64,000 bases of DNA, taken from positions 1,138 through 65,137 of the forward strand of contig CBFIFQ010000001.1 in assembly GCA_965661905.1 (NCBI GenBank), in the 5' to 3' direction. Positions 17,213 through 27,098 of the stretch are shown in pieces (positions within the stretch are counted from its first letter, which is position 1; every line of letters begins with the position of its first letter). Below the pieces are notes generated by a model. The model did not search any database, was not told the DNA's origin, and saw nothing but the letters and a program-made list of their open reading frames with translations. Made by a program: the position numbers and the translations under genes. Source of the stretch: Opitutales bacterium (GTDB taxonomy: Bacteria; Verrucomicrobiota; Verrucomicrobiia; Opitutales; Seribacteraceae).

Positions 17213-18022
17213 TTATTTAAATTGGGCGAGATCTTCCTTACTCATGTCCAGAACCAGACTAAGTTCAACCCTACGGTTTTTGTCGTGCTGATTTGGATAG
17301 CGAGTATCATTGGGTTTGGTGTGGCCATGCCCGGTAATTCTTTCAAGTTTTTCTTCCAGGTCACCCGCTGAGTAGTAATTTAATGCATCGACGACTTCTT
17401 TAGCCTGAAGTAAAGACATTTCCCATGCCCCTTCTCCGTTTTTCCCGATGCTAGACTGAAGGTGGTTGGTGTGAGAGTCGACTCTGTATACCAGAACATG
17501 CTGTGAAAGAAGCCAGGACATCCTCAAGATAACTTTTTTGCCATGGGGTGTAAGGCTGGCTGATGAATTTTCAAATAGAGGTTTATCATCACCGTGGAAG
17601 AGCACTACTTTTAATCCTTCTGAAGTTGCTTCAATCTGAATAACAGAATCATCTATCTCGTGCAGTTTAAGCCGCGTATACCAATCCTGAGCAATTCGGT
17701 GGAGGACATCAATATCGATCGATGTTGTATCATCCGTGTTCCTCATGGTGGTATCGGAGCGTCCCACAATTTGGTCAACCATACTACCTGGTCTCGCATC
17801 TTTTTGCTCAATTGGTGTCGACTTAGGGACACCTGCCTTGTAAGGATCCCGAAAAAAGCGAGTGGTGGCGATGATAACCTCTTCATCCTGGGATAAAATC
17901 CAAAGAACCAGGAATAAAGACATCATTCCTGTTACAAAGTCAGCATAGGCAACTTTCCAGGCACCACCATGAGCGAAATTGCGCCTTTTTGAAAAGACAT
18001 TACTCTTGGTGTTAAATGGCAT
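17213..18022 (-). CDS. motB: flagellar stator protein MotB (OmpA-like C-terminus)
   Basis: AWKVAYADFVTGMMSLFLVLWIL is the MotB transmembrane/plug motif, and NRRVELSLVL is the OmpA-like end. The ATG at 18022 avoids the overlap with motA that the 18115 start would create. Confidence 0.85.
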   Translation of the reverse strand: MPFNTKSNVFSKRRNFAHGGAWKVAYADFVTGMMSLFLVLWILSQDEEVIIATTRFFRDPYKAGVPKSTPIEQKDARPGSMVDQIVGRSDTTMRNTDDTTSIDIDVLHRIAQDWYTRLKLHEIDDSVIQIEATSEGLKVVLFHGDDKPLFENSSASLTPHGKKVILRMSWLLSQHVLVYRVDSHTNHLQSSIGKNGEGAWEMSLLQAKEVVDALNYYSAGDLEEKLERITGHGHTKPNDTRYPNQHDKNRRVELSLVLDMSKEDLAQFK

Positions 18023-18044
18023 ACTTATCCGGCAGTGGTTATGA

Positions 18045-18905
18045 TCAAGCTCCCTTGGCAGCCTCTTTGCACTTCTCCTCAAGGTCATCTGCGGTAGGTT
18101 GTATCTGCTTGTCAAGAGATCTACGCCCTATTTCCACAGCCATAATTGGAGACAAACCGGTGGCAAAGCCCGAAACGGATCTTTCAACAATTCTGTAATA
18201 CAAGAATTCCTGAGTTTGGTTGAGTGATACAAGTCGCCCAAGCGGTATCCCAATTCCATAAGCAAGGAAAATACCAAGGAATGTACCACTCAAAGCAGCC
18301 GCGACTTTATAACCAACAGACTCAGGATCTTCTAGGTTGGACATGGTGTTAATAATACCGAGAACCGCAGCCACGATACCGACGCCGGGCAAGGCGTCAG
18401 CAATCATCTCAATCGCCTTTACAGAGCGAGTGGCTTCCGCTTCACGGCTTTGTAGTTCTGCGTTTAAGATTCCACCAATTTCTCCTGGCTTACATCTACC
18501 ATCAACGATGGGTCTGAGTGAATTACATAAAAATTCAACCAGGCCTGCATCGTTCAAGAAAGACGGGTACTTTGTGAAAATTGAGCTGTTTTGTGGATCA
18601 CTCACATGTTCGTCAAGGGCTGGGGTTCCTTTCCGGCGACCAAGCATGAAGAGTTCATAGAGTAAAACAAGAAGGTCGATAAACTTACCCTGGTTGGCGA
18701 TCCCCCCCTTGAATGCCTTAATGATATCTGACTTCAGGCTCATAAGAACACTTTTCGGACTGGATACTACCAGGATGCCCAAGCCGATTCCACAGATGAT
18801 CATGATTTCACCAGGGTGGATCAGGGAAATTGGATTTCCTCCAGCAGTTACAAAACCTCCAATACAAGAGACGAAAACGATGACTATACCAACAGCAAGT
18901 AACAT
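18045..18905 (-). CDS. motA: flagellar stator protein MotA
   Basis: It has the four-TM MotA/TolQ/ExbB architecture, 286 aa, and lies immediately upstream of motB. Confidence 0.9.
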   Translation of the reverse strand: MLLAVGIVIVFVSCIGGFVTAGGNPISLIHPGEIMIICGIGLGILVVSSPKSVLMSLKSDIIKAFKGGIANQGKFIDLLVLLYELFMLGRRKGTPALDEHVSDPQNSSIFTKYPSFLNDAGLVEFLCNSLRPIVDGRCKPGEIGGILNAELQSREAEATRSVKAIEMIADALPGVGIVAAVLGIINTMSNLEDPESVGYKVAAALSGTFLGIFLAYGIGIPLGRLVSLNQTQEFLYYRIVERSVSGFATGLSPIMAVEIGRRSLDKQIQPTADDLEEKCKEAAKGA

Positions 18906-18914
18906 AGTAAGAAA

Positions 18915-19721
18915 TTATTTAGATTCTAATGTTTGAAAGTTTGAACGAAGGCATAAAAGAGAGTGTGAAAGAATTTGACTGATCCGACCTTCGCTCAAGC
19001 TAAAGATTTGAGCGATTTCTGACAACTTTAATTCTTCATAGTAATAAAGCATCAGTATTTTCTTATTTTGCTCGGGTAAATTCTTGATAAGATCTCTTAG
19101 TATTTTTACCTTTTCTTTTTTCTCCGCACGGTCAGGTGCAGAAATATCGGTTGGGTCCGAGAGGGTTTCGGAGAGAGGGAGGTTTTCTTCACTGGCACCA
19201 AAAGAATCAGAGCTTCCTCCATCGATCGGAATAAAGGTTACGGGTTGAGTTTGCTTAAGCAGTGTTTCATATTCAGCCTGAGATAATCCGAGTTCATTTT
19301 TGATTTCCGATATGGAAGGAGCACGATTATGCTTGGACTCAAAGGATGCAATTGTAGCTTGTAGCGACTTAGCTTTTGCCCGATTTGAGCGCGGCAGGGA
19401 ATCAATGCGTCTTAATTCGTCAAGCAGGGCACCTTTAATCCTAAGCGTTGCATAGTTACCAAAAGCTTTACCTTTGGTTGAATCAAATTTATTGACTGCT
19501 ACAACAAGGGCACGAGCCCCAATTCCATACATGTCTTCAGTTTCATAACTTTCGGGGAAATGGTGTCTTAATCGAGATACAATAGACTTAACCAGAGGAA
19601 GATAATTCTCAATCCATTCATTGCGGGACTTTTCATCTTTCATTGCCTGCCTGTATTTTTCAGCAGCTTTTTTCATCCCTTGGAGGGAATACCCGTGGTC
19701 TGCTTGTGCTGGAATACTCAT
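18915..19721 (-). CDS. fliA: flagellar sigma factor FliA (sigma-28)
   Basis: Sigma-70 region 2 (YLPLVKSIVSRL...GIGARALVVAVNKFDSTKGKAFGNYATLRIKGALLDELR) and region 4 (ILMLYYYEELKLSEIAQIFSLSEGRISQI). It sits within the flagellar operon. Confidence 0.9.
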   Translation of the reverse strand: MSIPAQADHGYSLQGMKKAAEKYRQAMKDEKSRNEWIENYLPLVKSIVSRLRHHFPESYETEDMYGIGARALVVAVNKFDSTKGKAFGNYATLRIKGALLDELRRIDSLPRSNRAKAKSLQATIASFESKHNRAPSISEIKNELGLSQAEYETLLKQTQPVTFIPIDGGSSDSFGASEENLPLSETLSDPTDISAPDRAEKKEKVKILRDLIKNLPEQNKKILMLYYYEELKLSEIAQIFSLSEGRISQILSHSLLCLRSNFQTLESK

Positions 19722-19761
19722 CTAGCTTCTGGTTCCTTGGGAAAGATATGTAGAATCAGTG

Positions 19762-20103
19762 TCATGCTTTGACCCCTTGATTGGCTTCGGTCCTAGCCAC
19801 AGATTTTTTGTTGTTTGTAAGTTTTTGCCTCTCTTGACGAGGAGTCACCCTGTCTTTTCTTGGGGATTCAGCTTCGGGAACTGATGCGGTATCCCCAACG
19901 CGTGCCGAAGGAGAATGCATGATGCCATTTAAGATAAAGCCCAGAAGATATCTGCCGAAGATTGAAAAGACTAAGCACCCACCTGTCCCATAGACGAGTG
20001 CGACAATTGTATCTTTCTGTATAATGGAAGAAACGAGGAAAAAGAGTACGAAGCCGGTGAAACCAGATAAACAAAAGAAGAATTTAGCGTCGTCTTTTAT
20101 CAT
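19762..20103 (-). CDS. small two-TM membrane protein with a basic tail, in the slot normally held by flhG
   Basis: Two hydrophobic segments (FFFCLSGFTGFVLFFLVSSII and ALVYGTGGCLVFSIFGRYLLGFIL) are followed by an Arg/Lys-rich tail. No P-loop is present. Confidence 0.5.
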   Translation of the reverse strand: MIKDDAKFFFCLSGFTGFVLFFLVSSIIQKDTIVALVYGTGGCLVFSIFGRYLLGFILNGIMHSPSARVGDTASVPEAESPRKDRVTPRQERQKLTNNKKSVARTEANQGVKA

Positions 20104-20106
20104 GAG

Positions 20107-21270
20107 TTATCGGTGTTGATAGGAAGAGAACCCTTTGGCATAAAGTTCTTCGGGAAAAGTTCTTGATATCATTTGATTTAAAACGCCTGTGGTGAAGTCC
20201 CCTGTAACATTTTGCCCATTGCAGATACAAAGGGGAGTAAGATTACTTCTTATGATTAAAGGCCAAAGCTTGGTTGAGTTTGAGATTTCGTCGAAATGGG
20301 TAATGGCGAGATGGGTAGCACCTAGATGATTGGCTGTATTTATGTTTCTAAACAAAACATCTTTGTCATAGGCTCCATTTATAACAAGAACCCGAGTGCC
20401 CACTTCAAGCTCATCCAGGGTGGATTTCGTTTGGGACCAGTCATCCAGGTTGGACAGTGAAAGCCCAGGGAAGTCCAAATAGAGCGGGGATTGATCGGAC
20501 GCGGCGGGCACAGACTCGGCTTGCCTGTAAAGTGTAACACCTACAACTTCACAGAATATTCGCAGGGCGTCATCTGGGTTTGGTACGCCACTCTCAACCT
20601 TCAAGACCATGGGGGAAGTCTTGTTCATGAAAACTTCATGGGCAAGAAACTTGCACAAAGTTGTAGTCTTCCCAACGCCAGGTGACCCGATGAGGGCAAT
20701 CTTACTCGTAGTTTTCACTTCTGATGACGACCTGTAGCGATCGGACAACCCAACCGTTATGTGTTTAAGTGCATCCGCCAAGGGTAAGTCTTTAACATCA
20801 CCCCAGTTTGGCCAAGATTGTATATCCCTCAGCAAAGTCTGGTCGAAACCTGTTTTTTGTAGGAGCGAAAGAGTATCATTCTCCAAAATCAAACCGGCAT
20901 CGTTATCAAGCGAATCGATTTTGGGTATGCCCTGCGGCAATGCATTGGCTGGCCCATTCTGAACATTACTATTCACTGAATCTAGTTTAACTGAAGACTC
21001 TTTCAACTCTGTCTGTGCATCCTTATTTTCGCCATCCACCTCCTTTTCCGAAGATATGACCGGGGGTTGGATTTCTGCAATCACTTCAAGCTTGGGTGAT
21101 GAAATAAAACGTTTCAGCCCTTCCCCTCCAACTTGCCTGACGGAAAGCACTTTTGCATGATCACCGAGTTTCTCCCTAATGACACGCACAGCTTCTTCAG
21201 CAGAACGGACAATAAGCTTGTAACGCTTACCAGCGTTTTGCTCCTTTCTTTTTTCGGTTACAACTTCCAT
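20107..21270 (-). CDS. flhF: flagellar SRP-type GTPase FlhF
   Basis: It has the B-domain-like N-terminus YKLIVRSAEEAVRVIREKLG and the P-loop IALIGSPGVGKTTTLCKFLA. It lies after flhA. Confidence 0.85.
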   Translation of the reverse strand: MEVVTEKRKEQNAGKRYKLIVRSAEEAVRVIREKLGDHAKVLSVRQVGGEGLKRFISSPKLEVIAEIQPPVISSEKEVDGENKDAQTELKESSVKLDSVNSNVQNGPANALPQGIPKIDSLDNDAGLILENDTLSLLQKTGFDQTLLRDIQSWPNWGDVKDLPLADALKHITVGLSDRYRSSSEVKTTSKIALIGSPGVGKTTTLCKFLAHEVFMNKTSPMVLKVESGVPNPDDALRIFCEVVGVTLYRQAESVPAASDQSPLYLDFPGLSLSNLDDWSQTKSTLDELEVGTRVLVINGAYDKDVLFRNINTANHLGATHLAITHFDEISNSTKLWPLIIRSNLTPLCICNGQNVTGDFTTGVLNQMISRTFPEELYAKGFSSYQHR

Positions 21271-21279
21271 GACGAAATA

Positions 21280-23508
21280 TTAAGCAGCGACAGGCACATC
21301 TCCGTGCGAATTTTGTTTATCCATAGCGTTCACAATATCCTCAGGCAATTGTTGACCTGCGAGAGCAATCGCTCCAAATGGCTCAATTTGTGTCTCAGCG
21401 GGTAATTCTTGATAGGCTAAAACTACAAGTTGAGGGTAAGACGGTTCCATGAATCTTCTAAAAGCAAGTCGGAGTTCAGCAGTGGTCACAATGACTGGTG
21501 TCATACCGTTCTCACTCATCTCTTTAATTTTAGGCTCAATTTCTTTAATGATTCCTTCGGTCAATTGGGGATCCATAACTAAACCTATATCAAATTGACT
21601 CCGCTTCACACGGGAAATCAAAGTCTGCTCAAGGGTGGGCTCAAAAGTCATGGCAACCAGTTTGTTGGGCTCTGACTCAAATTCTTTAATAAAATACATT
21701 CCCAGTCTTTTTCTTGTCTGTTCAGATAAATCGTCTGGGTTTTTGGTAAGGCCAGCCATATCAGCTATGGTTTCAAGAATTAAGGTGAGATTCTTAACAG
21801 GTATACGCTCTCTCAGTAAATTTTGGAGGGTTCTTTGAATAACACCTACATTTACAAGATCAGGCAATAACTCACTGACCAATGTGGGGTTTTTGTCTTT
21901 AATTAAGTCAAGGAGCCTTTGAGTACCCTCTCTCTCTAAAATGAGATGGGCTGTACGCTTTAACACATCAGCCAAATGAGTAACTAAAACAGATGACGGA
22001 TCAACAACGGTACAACCCTCAACTTCTGCATTTCGTTTTTCATTTTCAGGGATCCACATGGCACTAATCCCAAACACAGGTTCTGTAGTTGGAATACCAT
22101 TAAGTTTACTTGCGTCCCCTCCCCCCATGCTCATAGCCAAAGCACGATCCGGAATAACGCTTGCACGAGTCACTTCTTTACCCCGAAGCAGGAAGCGATA
22201 CTCATTCGGCTCAAGCTCAATGTTGTCACGCACTCCGATCGTAGGTAAAAGCATTCCCATTTCTTTGGCAAAATTAGTTCTCGCCCCGGTGATCCTCTCA
22301 AGTAAGTCACCGCCCTTTTTCTTGTCTGCAAGGACCAAAAGACCGTAACCCATCTCAAGACCAAATACTTCCTGCTCAATGGCACTTTCCATGGGTGACA
22401 ACTGGGGAGCATCGGGAGATACCTGAGTGGTATTTCCTCCTGCCTGCGGAGCCGGCAAGCCTTTCGCTCCACCTTGGCCCTGGTTGGCAATCTGAGGGTG
22501 ACTTTCTGTGACATCCTGTAAGGTTGCGTCCTTGGATTTTTCTGAAAAATAGTAAGCAGCACCAAAACAAAGGATAGCGAGGATAAAGAAAGGCCAGAAG
22601 GTCTCGGAAAGAAAGAATGCAAACATCAAAAGCATAGCGCCTGCGATCCCAATTGCTTTGGGATAAACCGTTAGTTGACGACCGACAAACTCCCCTAAAT
22701 TTGACTCTTCAGAGGATCTGGTGACAAGTATACCCGCAGCAATCGATACTATAATTGCCGGTATCTGGGTAACCAAACCATCACCTATGGATAAAATAGT
22801 GTAGGTTTGAAGGGAGTCAGACATGGTCATGTCCCGCTGGAAATATCCGATTAAAATACCACCGATAATATTAACCACAGTGATGAAAATTCCAGCTACT
22901 GCATCCCCTCTAACGAATTTACTCGCACCGTCCATGGAGCCGTAGAAGTCGGCATCTTTTTGGATTTTTTCACGCCTCTCAAGGGCTTGTGCTTCCGTGA
23001 TAACACCCGAATTCATTTCGGCATCAATCGACATTTGTTTTCCGGGCATGGCATCTAGAGTGAACCTTGCAGTAACCTCGGCTATTCTGCCCGCACCTTT
23101 TGTGATAACAACAAAATTAATGATGACTAAAATTAAGAATATCACAGCCCCAACTACATAGTTTCCACCAACCACGAATGTTCCAAAAGAGTGGATGACC
23201 GAACCCGCATCTCCATCAAGCAAGATGAGTCGGGTCGAGGCCACATTTAGTCCAAGACGATACAGCGTGACTGCCAAGAGTAAGGTGGGGAAGACCGAAA
23301 ACTCAGGCGGGTCCTTGACATAGATAACCGTGAGAAGGATAAGCAGGGATATCGCGATGCTGAACACAAGCAGTATGCTGAGTATATCCTTGTGAATCGG
23401 AAGAACTAGCAGGAGCACCGCCCCAAATAAACCAAAAACAAAGCCCAAATCTGAATTCCCCCCGAAACGAGCAAAGAAAGAGCGAATGTTTTGTAAGACT
23501 CCGCTCAT
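21280..23508 (-). CDS. flhA: flagellar export gate protein FlhA
   Basis: 742 aa, with the KFVRGDAVAGI motif, an N-terminal TM domain and a large cytoplasmic domain. Confidence 0.95.
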   Translation of the reverse strand: MSGVLQNIRSFFARFGGNSDLGFVFGLFGAVLLLVLPIHKDILSILLVFSIAISLLILLTVIYVKDPPEFSVFPTLLLAVTLYRLGLNVASTRLILLDGDAGSVIHSFGTFVVGGNYVVGAVIFLILVIINFVVITKGAGRIAEVTARFTLDAMPGKQMSIDAEMNSGVITEAQALERREKIQKDADFYGSMDGASKFVRGDAVAGIFITVVNIIGGILIGYFQRDMTMSDSLQTYTILSIGDGLVTQIPAIIVSIAAGILVTRSSEESNLGEFVGRQLTVYPKAIGIAGAMLLMFAFFLSETFWPFFILAILCFGAAYYFSEKSKDATLQDVTESHPQIANQGQGGAKGLPAPQAGGNTTQVSPDAPQLSPMESAIEQEVFGLEMGYGLLVLADKKKGGDLLERITGARTNFAKEMGMLLPTIGVRDNIELEPNEYRFLLRGKEVTRASVIPDRALAMSMGGGDASKLNGIPTTEPVFGISAMWIPENEKRNAEVEGCTVVDPSSVLVTHLADVLKRTAHLILEREGTQRLLDLIKDKNPTLVSELLPDLVNVGVIQRTLQNLLRERIPVKNLTLILETIADMAGLTKNPDDLSEQTRKRLGMYFIKEFESEPNKLVAMTFEPTLEQTLISRVKRSQFDIGLVMDPQLTEGIIKEIEPKIKEMSENGMTPVIVTTAELRLAFRRFMEPSYPQLVVLAYQELPAETQIEPFGAIALAGQQLPEDIVNAMDKQNSHGDVPVAA

Positions 23509-24629
23509 GAAAATGCTTTGGCCGTGGGCATCTTAGCCAGAAGTCGCCTAGCCTTGAGACGGTGAAAATAGTAAGCATGTTTTTTGTAAACTTCAGCGAG
23601 GATGGAAGCAACAACTTGGTACATCTGAAGAGGGATAGGCTCGCCTACCCTCCCTAACGCAAAAAGAGTTTGAGCAACTGGTTTGTTCTCAATCATGGGA
23701 ACTTCATGCTCCTTTGCTATTAATTTTATTCTTCTGGCCAATAGATTATCTCCTTTCGCGACAACTATAGGAGCATTATCCGTGCCTTTTTCATATTTTA
23801 ATGCAACTGCATAGTGTGTAGGGTTAGTAACGACCACATCTGCTGTTGAAACATCCGTAACACCTTGCCCTCCCAGAAGTTCCATCGCTTTCTTTCTCTG
23901 GGCAGTCTTGACTTCAGCAGAAACCTCCTTGCTTTTCCTCTCTTCCTTTACTTCTTGCTTAGTCATTTTCATTTCCTCGTCATGCTCTTTCTTCTTAATA
24001 AAGTAGTTTATAATCGCAATGATCCCTAGCATTAAAAGCAAGATAGTGAACATTACGAGGAAGAGTTTATAGATAAATTCAGGCAAATGCTGAATTGGTA
24101 CGGGGGCATAAAATATCGGGTCATCAAGAAAAATGATTAAAGTAAGCCAAACAACAGTCCCGATGGCTAAAAACTTCATTAAATCAATGAAAAATGTCTT
24201 TAATGCTTTTAAGCCAAAAATTCTTTGTGTGCCGGTTATGGGGTTTAGCTTACTCAGTTTTGGTTCGATAGCTTTGGGCGTAAAACGAAAGCCTGTCTGT
24301 AAGCCTTCTGCGATTAAAGCAGCAACGAAACAGGCTACCAAAAGTGGCAGTACAATAAGGGCAAGGGAGAAATAAGAGGAAGTCAGGGTGTGAGCAACTC
24401 CCTCATGACTTGCCTGTATGGAATCAATATTTTCAAGAATTGACTTGGTGAAAGTAAGTAGTTCCGAGGCTTTTGCGGGTGCCAAAAATACAAATACAAG
24501 TACACCCGCAAGCATTGTTAAAGTCATTGCAATTTCAGGAGCTTTGGCAAATTGCCCTTTAGACCTTGATTCGGAAAGCCTTTTTTCTGTAGGGGGCTCA
24601 GTCTTAGAACTTTTATCAACATCTGCCAT
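23505..24629 (-). CDS. flhB: flagellar export switch protein FlhB
   Basis: KTEPPTEKRLSESRSKGQFAKAPE at the N-terminus and the NPTH autocleavage site (VVVTNPTHYAVAL). Confidence 0.95.
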   Translation of the reverse strand: MADVDKSSKTEPPTEKRLSESRSKGQFAKAPEIAMTLTMLAGVLVFVFLAPAKASELLTFTKSILENIDSIQASHEGVAHTLTSSYFSLALIVLPLLVACFVAALIAEGLQTGFRFTPKAIEPKLSKLNPITGTQRIFGLKALKTFFIDLMKFLAIGTVVWLTLIIFLDDPIFYAPVPIQHLPEFIYKLFLVMFTILLLMLGIIAIINYFIKKKEHDEEMKMTKQEVKEERKSKEVSAEVKTAQRKKAMELLGGQGVTDVSTADVVVTNPTHYAVALKYEKGTDNAPIVVAKGDNLLARRIKLIAKEHEVPMIENKPVAQTLFALGRVGEPIPLQMYQVVASILAEVYKKHAYYFHRLKARRLLAKMPTAKAFS

Positions 24630-24641
24630 AACCGTATAAAA

Positions 24642-25406
24642 CTATCCGTTTTGGATAATATCTAGCATGATGGATACAGAACGCTTACTCCCATCAAGTA
24701 TGTATGATGTGATCAGCAAAATCGAGGATACAAGTAGAACCAAACCGGAGAGGATTCGAATCGAAAAACTCGTCATGAATACATTCATTTTAGGAACCGC
24801 TTTTCCCAGAACAGCAAAGGAAATGTTAATCATGAAGTTGAGGGCAATGAAAGGAGCTGCAATTAAGGTACCTATCACAAAAACGTTGGAAATTTCACGG
24901 GCAAATTCCACCATCGGGCTTGCGGACAAGAAATAATTCCCAATAGGTAAAATCTCGAAGCTCAAAGTAAATGCTTTTAAAATGTCATAGTGTATTCCCG
25001 CGACAAAGAAGATTAGCAAACTAAAGTAATACAGGAGGGTTGTTATTGTAGCATCAGTAGAACCCAGTAGAGGGTTTACACTACTGCTTGCCATAAGGCC
25101 GATTTCATAGGAAATAAGGTGCCCCGCAAGCTCAACTGCAAAAAATATCATCCGGACAGTCATAGCGAGAAGGAGTCCTATACAAATTTCGTTCAATGAA
25201 AGCAAAATTGCCCCGGCAAAATGATTTGCAATCTCCAGGTTTGCTGGAACCAAGGGGTTTATCAAAATCGACAACAATAAGCCAAAAGCGGTCCGAATCT
25301 TAACAGGTATTAGTTTTCCGGCGAAAAGTGGAATCCCTAGAAAAAAAGCACCCGTCCGAAGGAAAACGAGTACCCATACTACGATTTCCCCGGCCTCAAT
25401 GGTCAT
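24642..25406 (-). CDS. fliR: flagellar export protein FliR
   Basis: A polytopic 254-aa protein in the fliPQR-flhB order. Confidence 0.9.
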   Translation of the reverse strand: MTIEAGEIVVWVLVFLRTGAFFLGIPLFAGKLIPVKIRTAFGLLLSILINPLVPANLEIANHFAGAILLSLNEICIGLLLAMTVRMIFFAVELAGHLISYEIGLMASSSVNPLLGSTDATITTLLYYFSLLIFFVAGIHYDILKAFTLSFEILPIGNYFLSASPMVEFAREISNVFVIGTLIAAPFIALNFMINISFAVLGKAVPKMNVFMTSFSIRILSGLVLLVSSILLITSYILDGSKRSVSIMLDIIQNG

Positions 25407-25672
25407 TGTGCCATTGTTGGAATCAAATTAAACATAGATATACAAAATTCAGTCATCGTTTTAAGGATAAAGTTGGCCGAAAGCACAATAGCCAGCGATA
25501 CACAAATCAGCTTGGGTACAAAGGTTAAAGTTTGTTCCTGAAGGCTGGTAATAGACTGCACAAAACTTATGGCAAGCCCGACGACTAACGCGGTGCCAAG
25601 AATAGGTACAGAAATGAGAAGACCGGTCTGAAGAAGGTTTCTCATGATATCCACTGCCAATTCCATTGTCAT
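25403..25672 (-). CDS. fliQ: flagellar export protein FliQ
   Basis: 89 aa, two TM segments, with VPILGTALVVGLAISFVQSITSLQEQTLTFVPK typical of FliQ. Confidence 0.9.
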   Translation of the reverse strand: MTMELAVDIMRNLLQTGLLISVPILGTALVVGLAISFVQSITSLQEQTLTFVPKLICVSLAIVLSANFILKTMTEFCISMFNLIPTMAQ

Positions 25673-25691
25673 AATTCTATCTCTCCCTCTT

Positions 25692-26456
25692 TTATGAAAT
25701 ATTAAAACTGTTTACCAAGGATTGTATAACTAAATACCACCCATCAACCAAAACAAATAATAGTAACTTGAAAGGCATAGAAATCACCACAGGAGGCATC
25801 ATCATCATTCCCATAGACATCAAAGATGAAGCCACAATGAAGTCGACGATAATAAATGGAATGAAAATGAGAAATCCCATTTGGAAGGCGGTTCTTAATT
25901 CGCTTAAGACAAAGGAAGGTACCACAATGCTGAGCGGCAATTGATCCCGCGTCATTGCTCCTTGCTTGGATATTTCCAGAAAAAACTGGGCATCTTCCTG
26001 GCGAGTCTGATTGAGCATAAAGTTTTTCATATGGGCAGTAGCAACCAATAGCGCATCTCCTGACTTCATGGTATTAGCCATGTACGGTGTCACAGCGTCA
26101 TCGTAGATTTTATCCCAAACAGGGCCCATAACAAAAAAAGTGAGAAACAGAGAAAGTCCGACAATTATCTGGCTCGAAGGAGCCGCATTTACACCGATTG
26201 CATTTCTAACGAAACCTAAAACTATGACCATGCGGGTAAAGCAAGTCATCATCATAATAATTGAGGGTCCCAAGGTAAGAATCGTCATCGCAATTACCAA
26301 TTGGATGGCAACACCGAAATCTCCCTCGTCATTGGACCCAGTGACATCTATCCTCAACCCAGGGGCACCCGTACCCGTTGTTTGGCTGTAAAGATCTCCG
26401 ACTTGTAGCCCACCAAGTAAGATCAATAATGTCAGGAGTTTAAGATATGTCTTCAT
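25692..26456 (-). CDS. fliP: flagellar export protein FliP
   Basis: A signal-like N-terminus followed by LTLGPSIIMMMTCFTRMVIVLGFVRNAIG and FLIFIPFIIVDFIVASSLMSMGMMMMPP. Confidence 0.95.
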   Translation of the reverse strand: MKTYLKLLTLLILLGGLQVGDLYSQTTGTGAPGLRIDVTGSNDEGDFGVAIQLVIAMTILTLGPSIIMMMTCFTRMVIVLGFVRNAIGVNAAPSSQIIVGLSLFLTFFVMGPVWDKIYDDAVTPYMANTMKSGDALLVATAHMKNFMLNQTRQEDAQFFLEISKQGAMTRDQLPLSIVVPSFVLSELRTAFQMGFLIFIPFIIVDFIVASSLMSMGMMMMPPVVISMPFKLLLFVLVDGWYLVIQSLVNSFNIS

Positions 26457-26790
26457 TCTGAGATGAGGGGGAAGAAACCGTGACGAATTCCGCGTCCTCT
26501 AATTTGGATAGATGACTGATTGCATTTGGGTTTACACCGATTAGGTGCTTTTCTTTTCCATATTGGGCAACCACAAGATATTGCCTATTTCCCAGTGGGC
26601 AGGTGTCGGCAATTAAGATCTTTCCTTTATTTTCACTAAAAGCACGAAATTGTTTTTTTCGATTATAATGAGTGATAAAATAAGCACAAGAAGCGAGGAC
26701 GCCCAAAAAAGCGAGGACACGAACCCACATCCATGATGTATCAGGTATCGCTTCTGCTGACGAAAGAATTGTTGCGGTCCATGAAACCAA
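26440..26790 (-). CDS. fliO: FliO-like protein
   Basis: A single TM segment is followed by ILIADTCPLGNRQYLVVAQYGKEKHLIGVNPNAISHL. It sits between fliN and fliP. Confidence 0.6.
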   Translation of the reverse strand: MVSWTATILSSAEAIPDTSWMWVRVLAFLGVLASCAYFITHYNRKKQFRAFSENKGKILIADTCPLGNRQYLVVAQYGKEKHLIGVNPNAISHLSKLEDAEFVTVSSPSSQNEDIS

Positions 26791-26837
26791 TTTATGACCT
26801 CATTAAGATTGAGCTGCAGATTATCGCAAAAGGTGGA

Positions 26838-27098
26838 TCAGGTTGGAGAATCAATGATTTCAGTTATCTTGAGACCAAAACGATCATCAATAACTACAAC
26901 TTCACCATGGGCAATGAGCTTTCCATTAACAAGCAATCCCACGGGGTCTTTGGCATTTTGTTTAAGCTGTATCTGAGCACCTGGGCTCAACTCAACAACT
27001 TCTTTCATTGGTAATTCTGCTGTACCCAACTGGACGGTAACACTAACCTTAACGTCCATAACGATATCCATTTTTTTACTATCCATGGTTTTTTCCAA
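26838..27098 (-). CDS. fliN: flagellar C-ring protein FliN
   Basis: SpoA domain: VTVQLGTAELPMKEVVELSPGAQIQLKQNAKDPVGLLVNGKLIAHGEVVVIDDRFGLKITEI. Confidence 0.85.
   Translation of the reverse strand: MEKTMDSKKMDIVMDVKVSVTVQLGTAELPMKEVVELSPGAQIQLKQNAKDPVGLLVNGKLIAHGEVVVIDDRFGLKITEIIDSPT

Noticed and set aside
18023-18115. Extensions of motB (to 18115), flgJ (to 12696), flgN (to 12404) and fliH (to 14141 equivalent 34141).
   Set aside because: Each extension runs into the preceding gene, and an internal ATG lies just past the upstream stop. They are treated as ORF-finder artefacts.
18906-19761. Sigma-28 (TAAA-N15-GCCGATAA) promoters upstream of motA, fliA, flgK and fliW.
   Set aside because: By eye, no GCCGATAA-like -10 element appears in the short gaps or the adjacent coding sequence. 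A PWM scan would be needed to exclude weak sites.
22170-22622. Out-of-frame minus-strand ORFs inside flhA (22170..22622, 22376..22570), and similar ORFs inside the giant gene (54026..54388, 51098..51298).
   Set aside because: They lie entirely within strongly supported CDSs and have no motif support.
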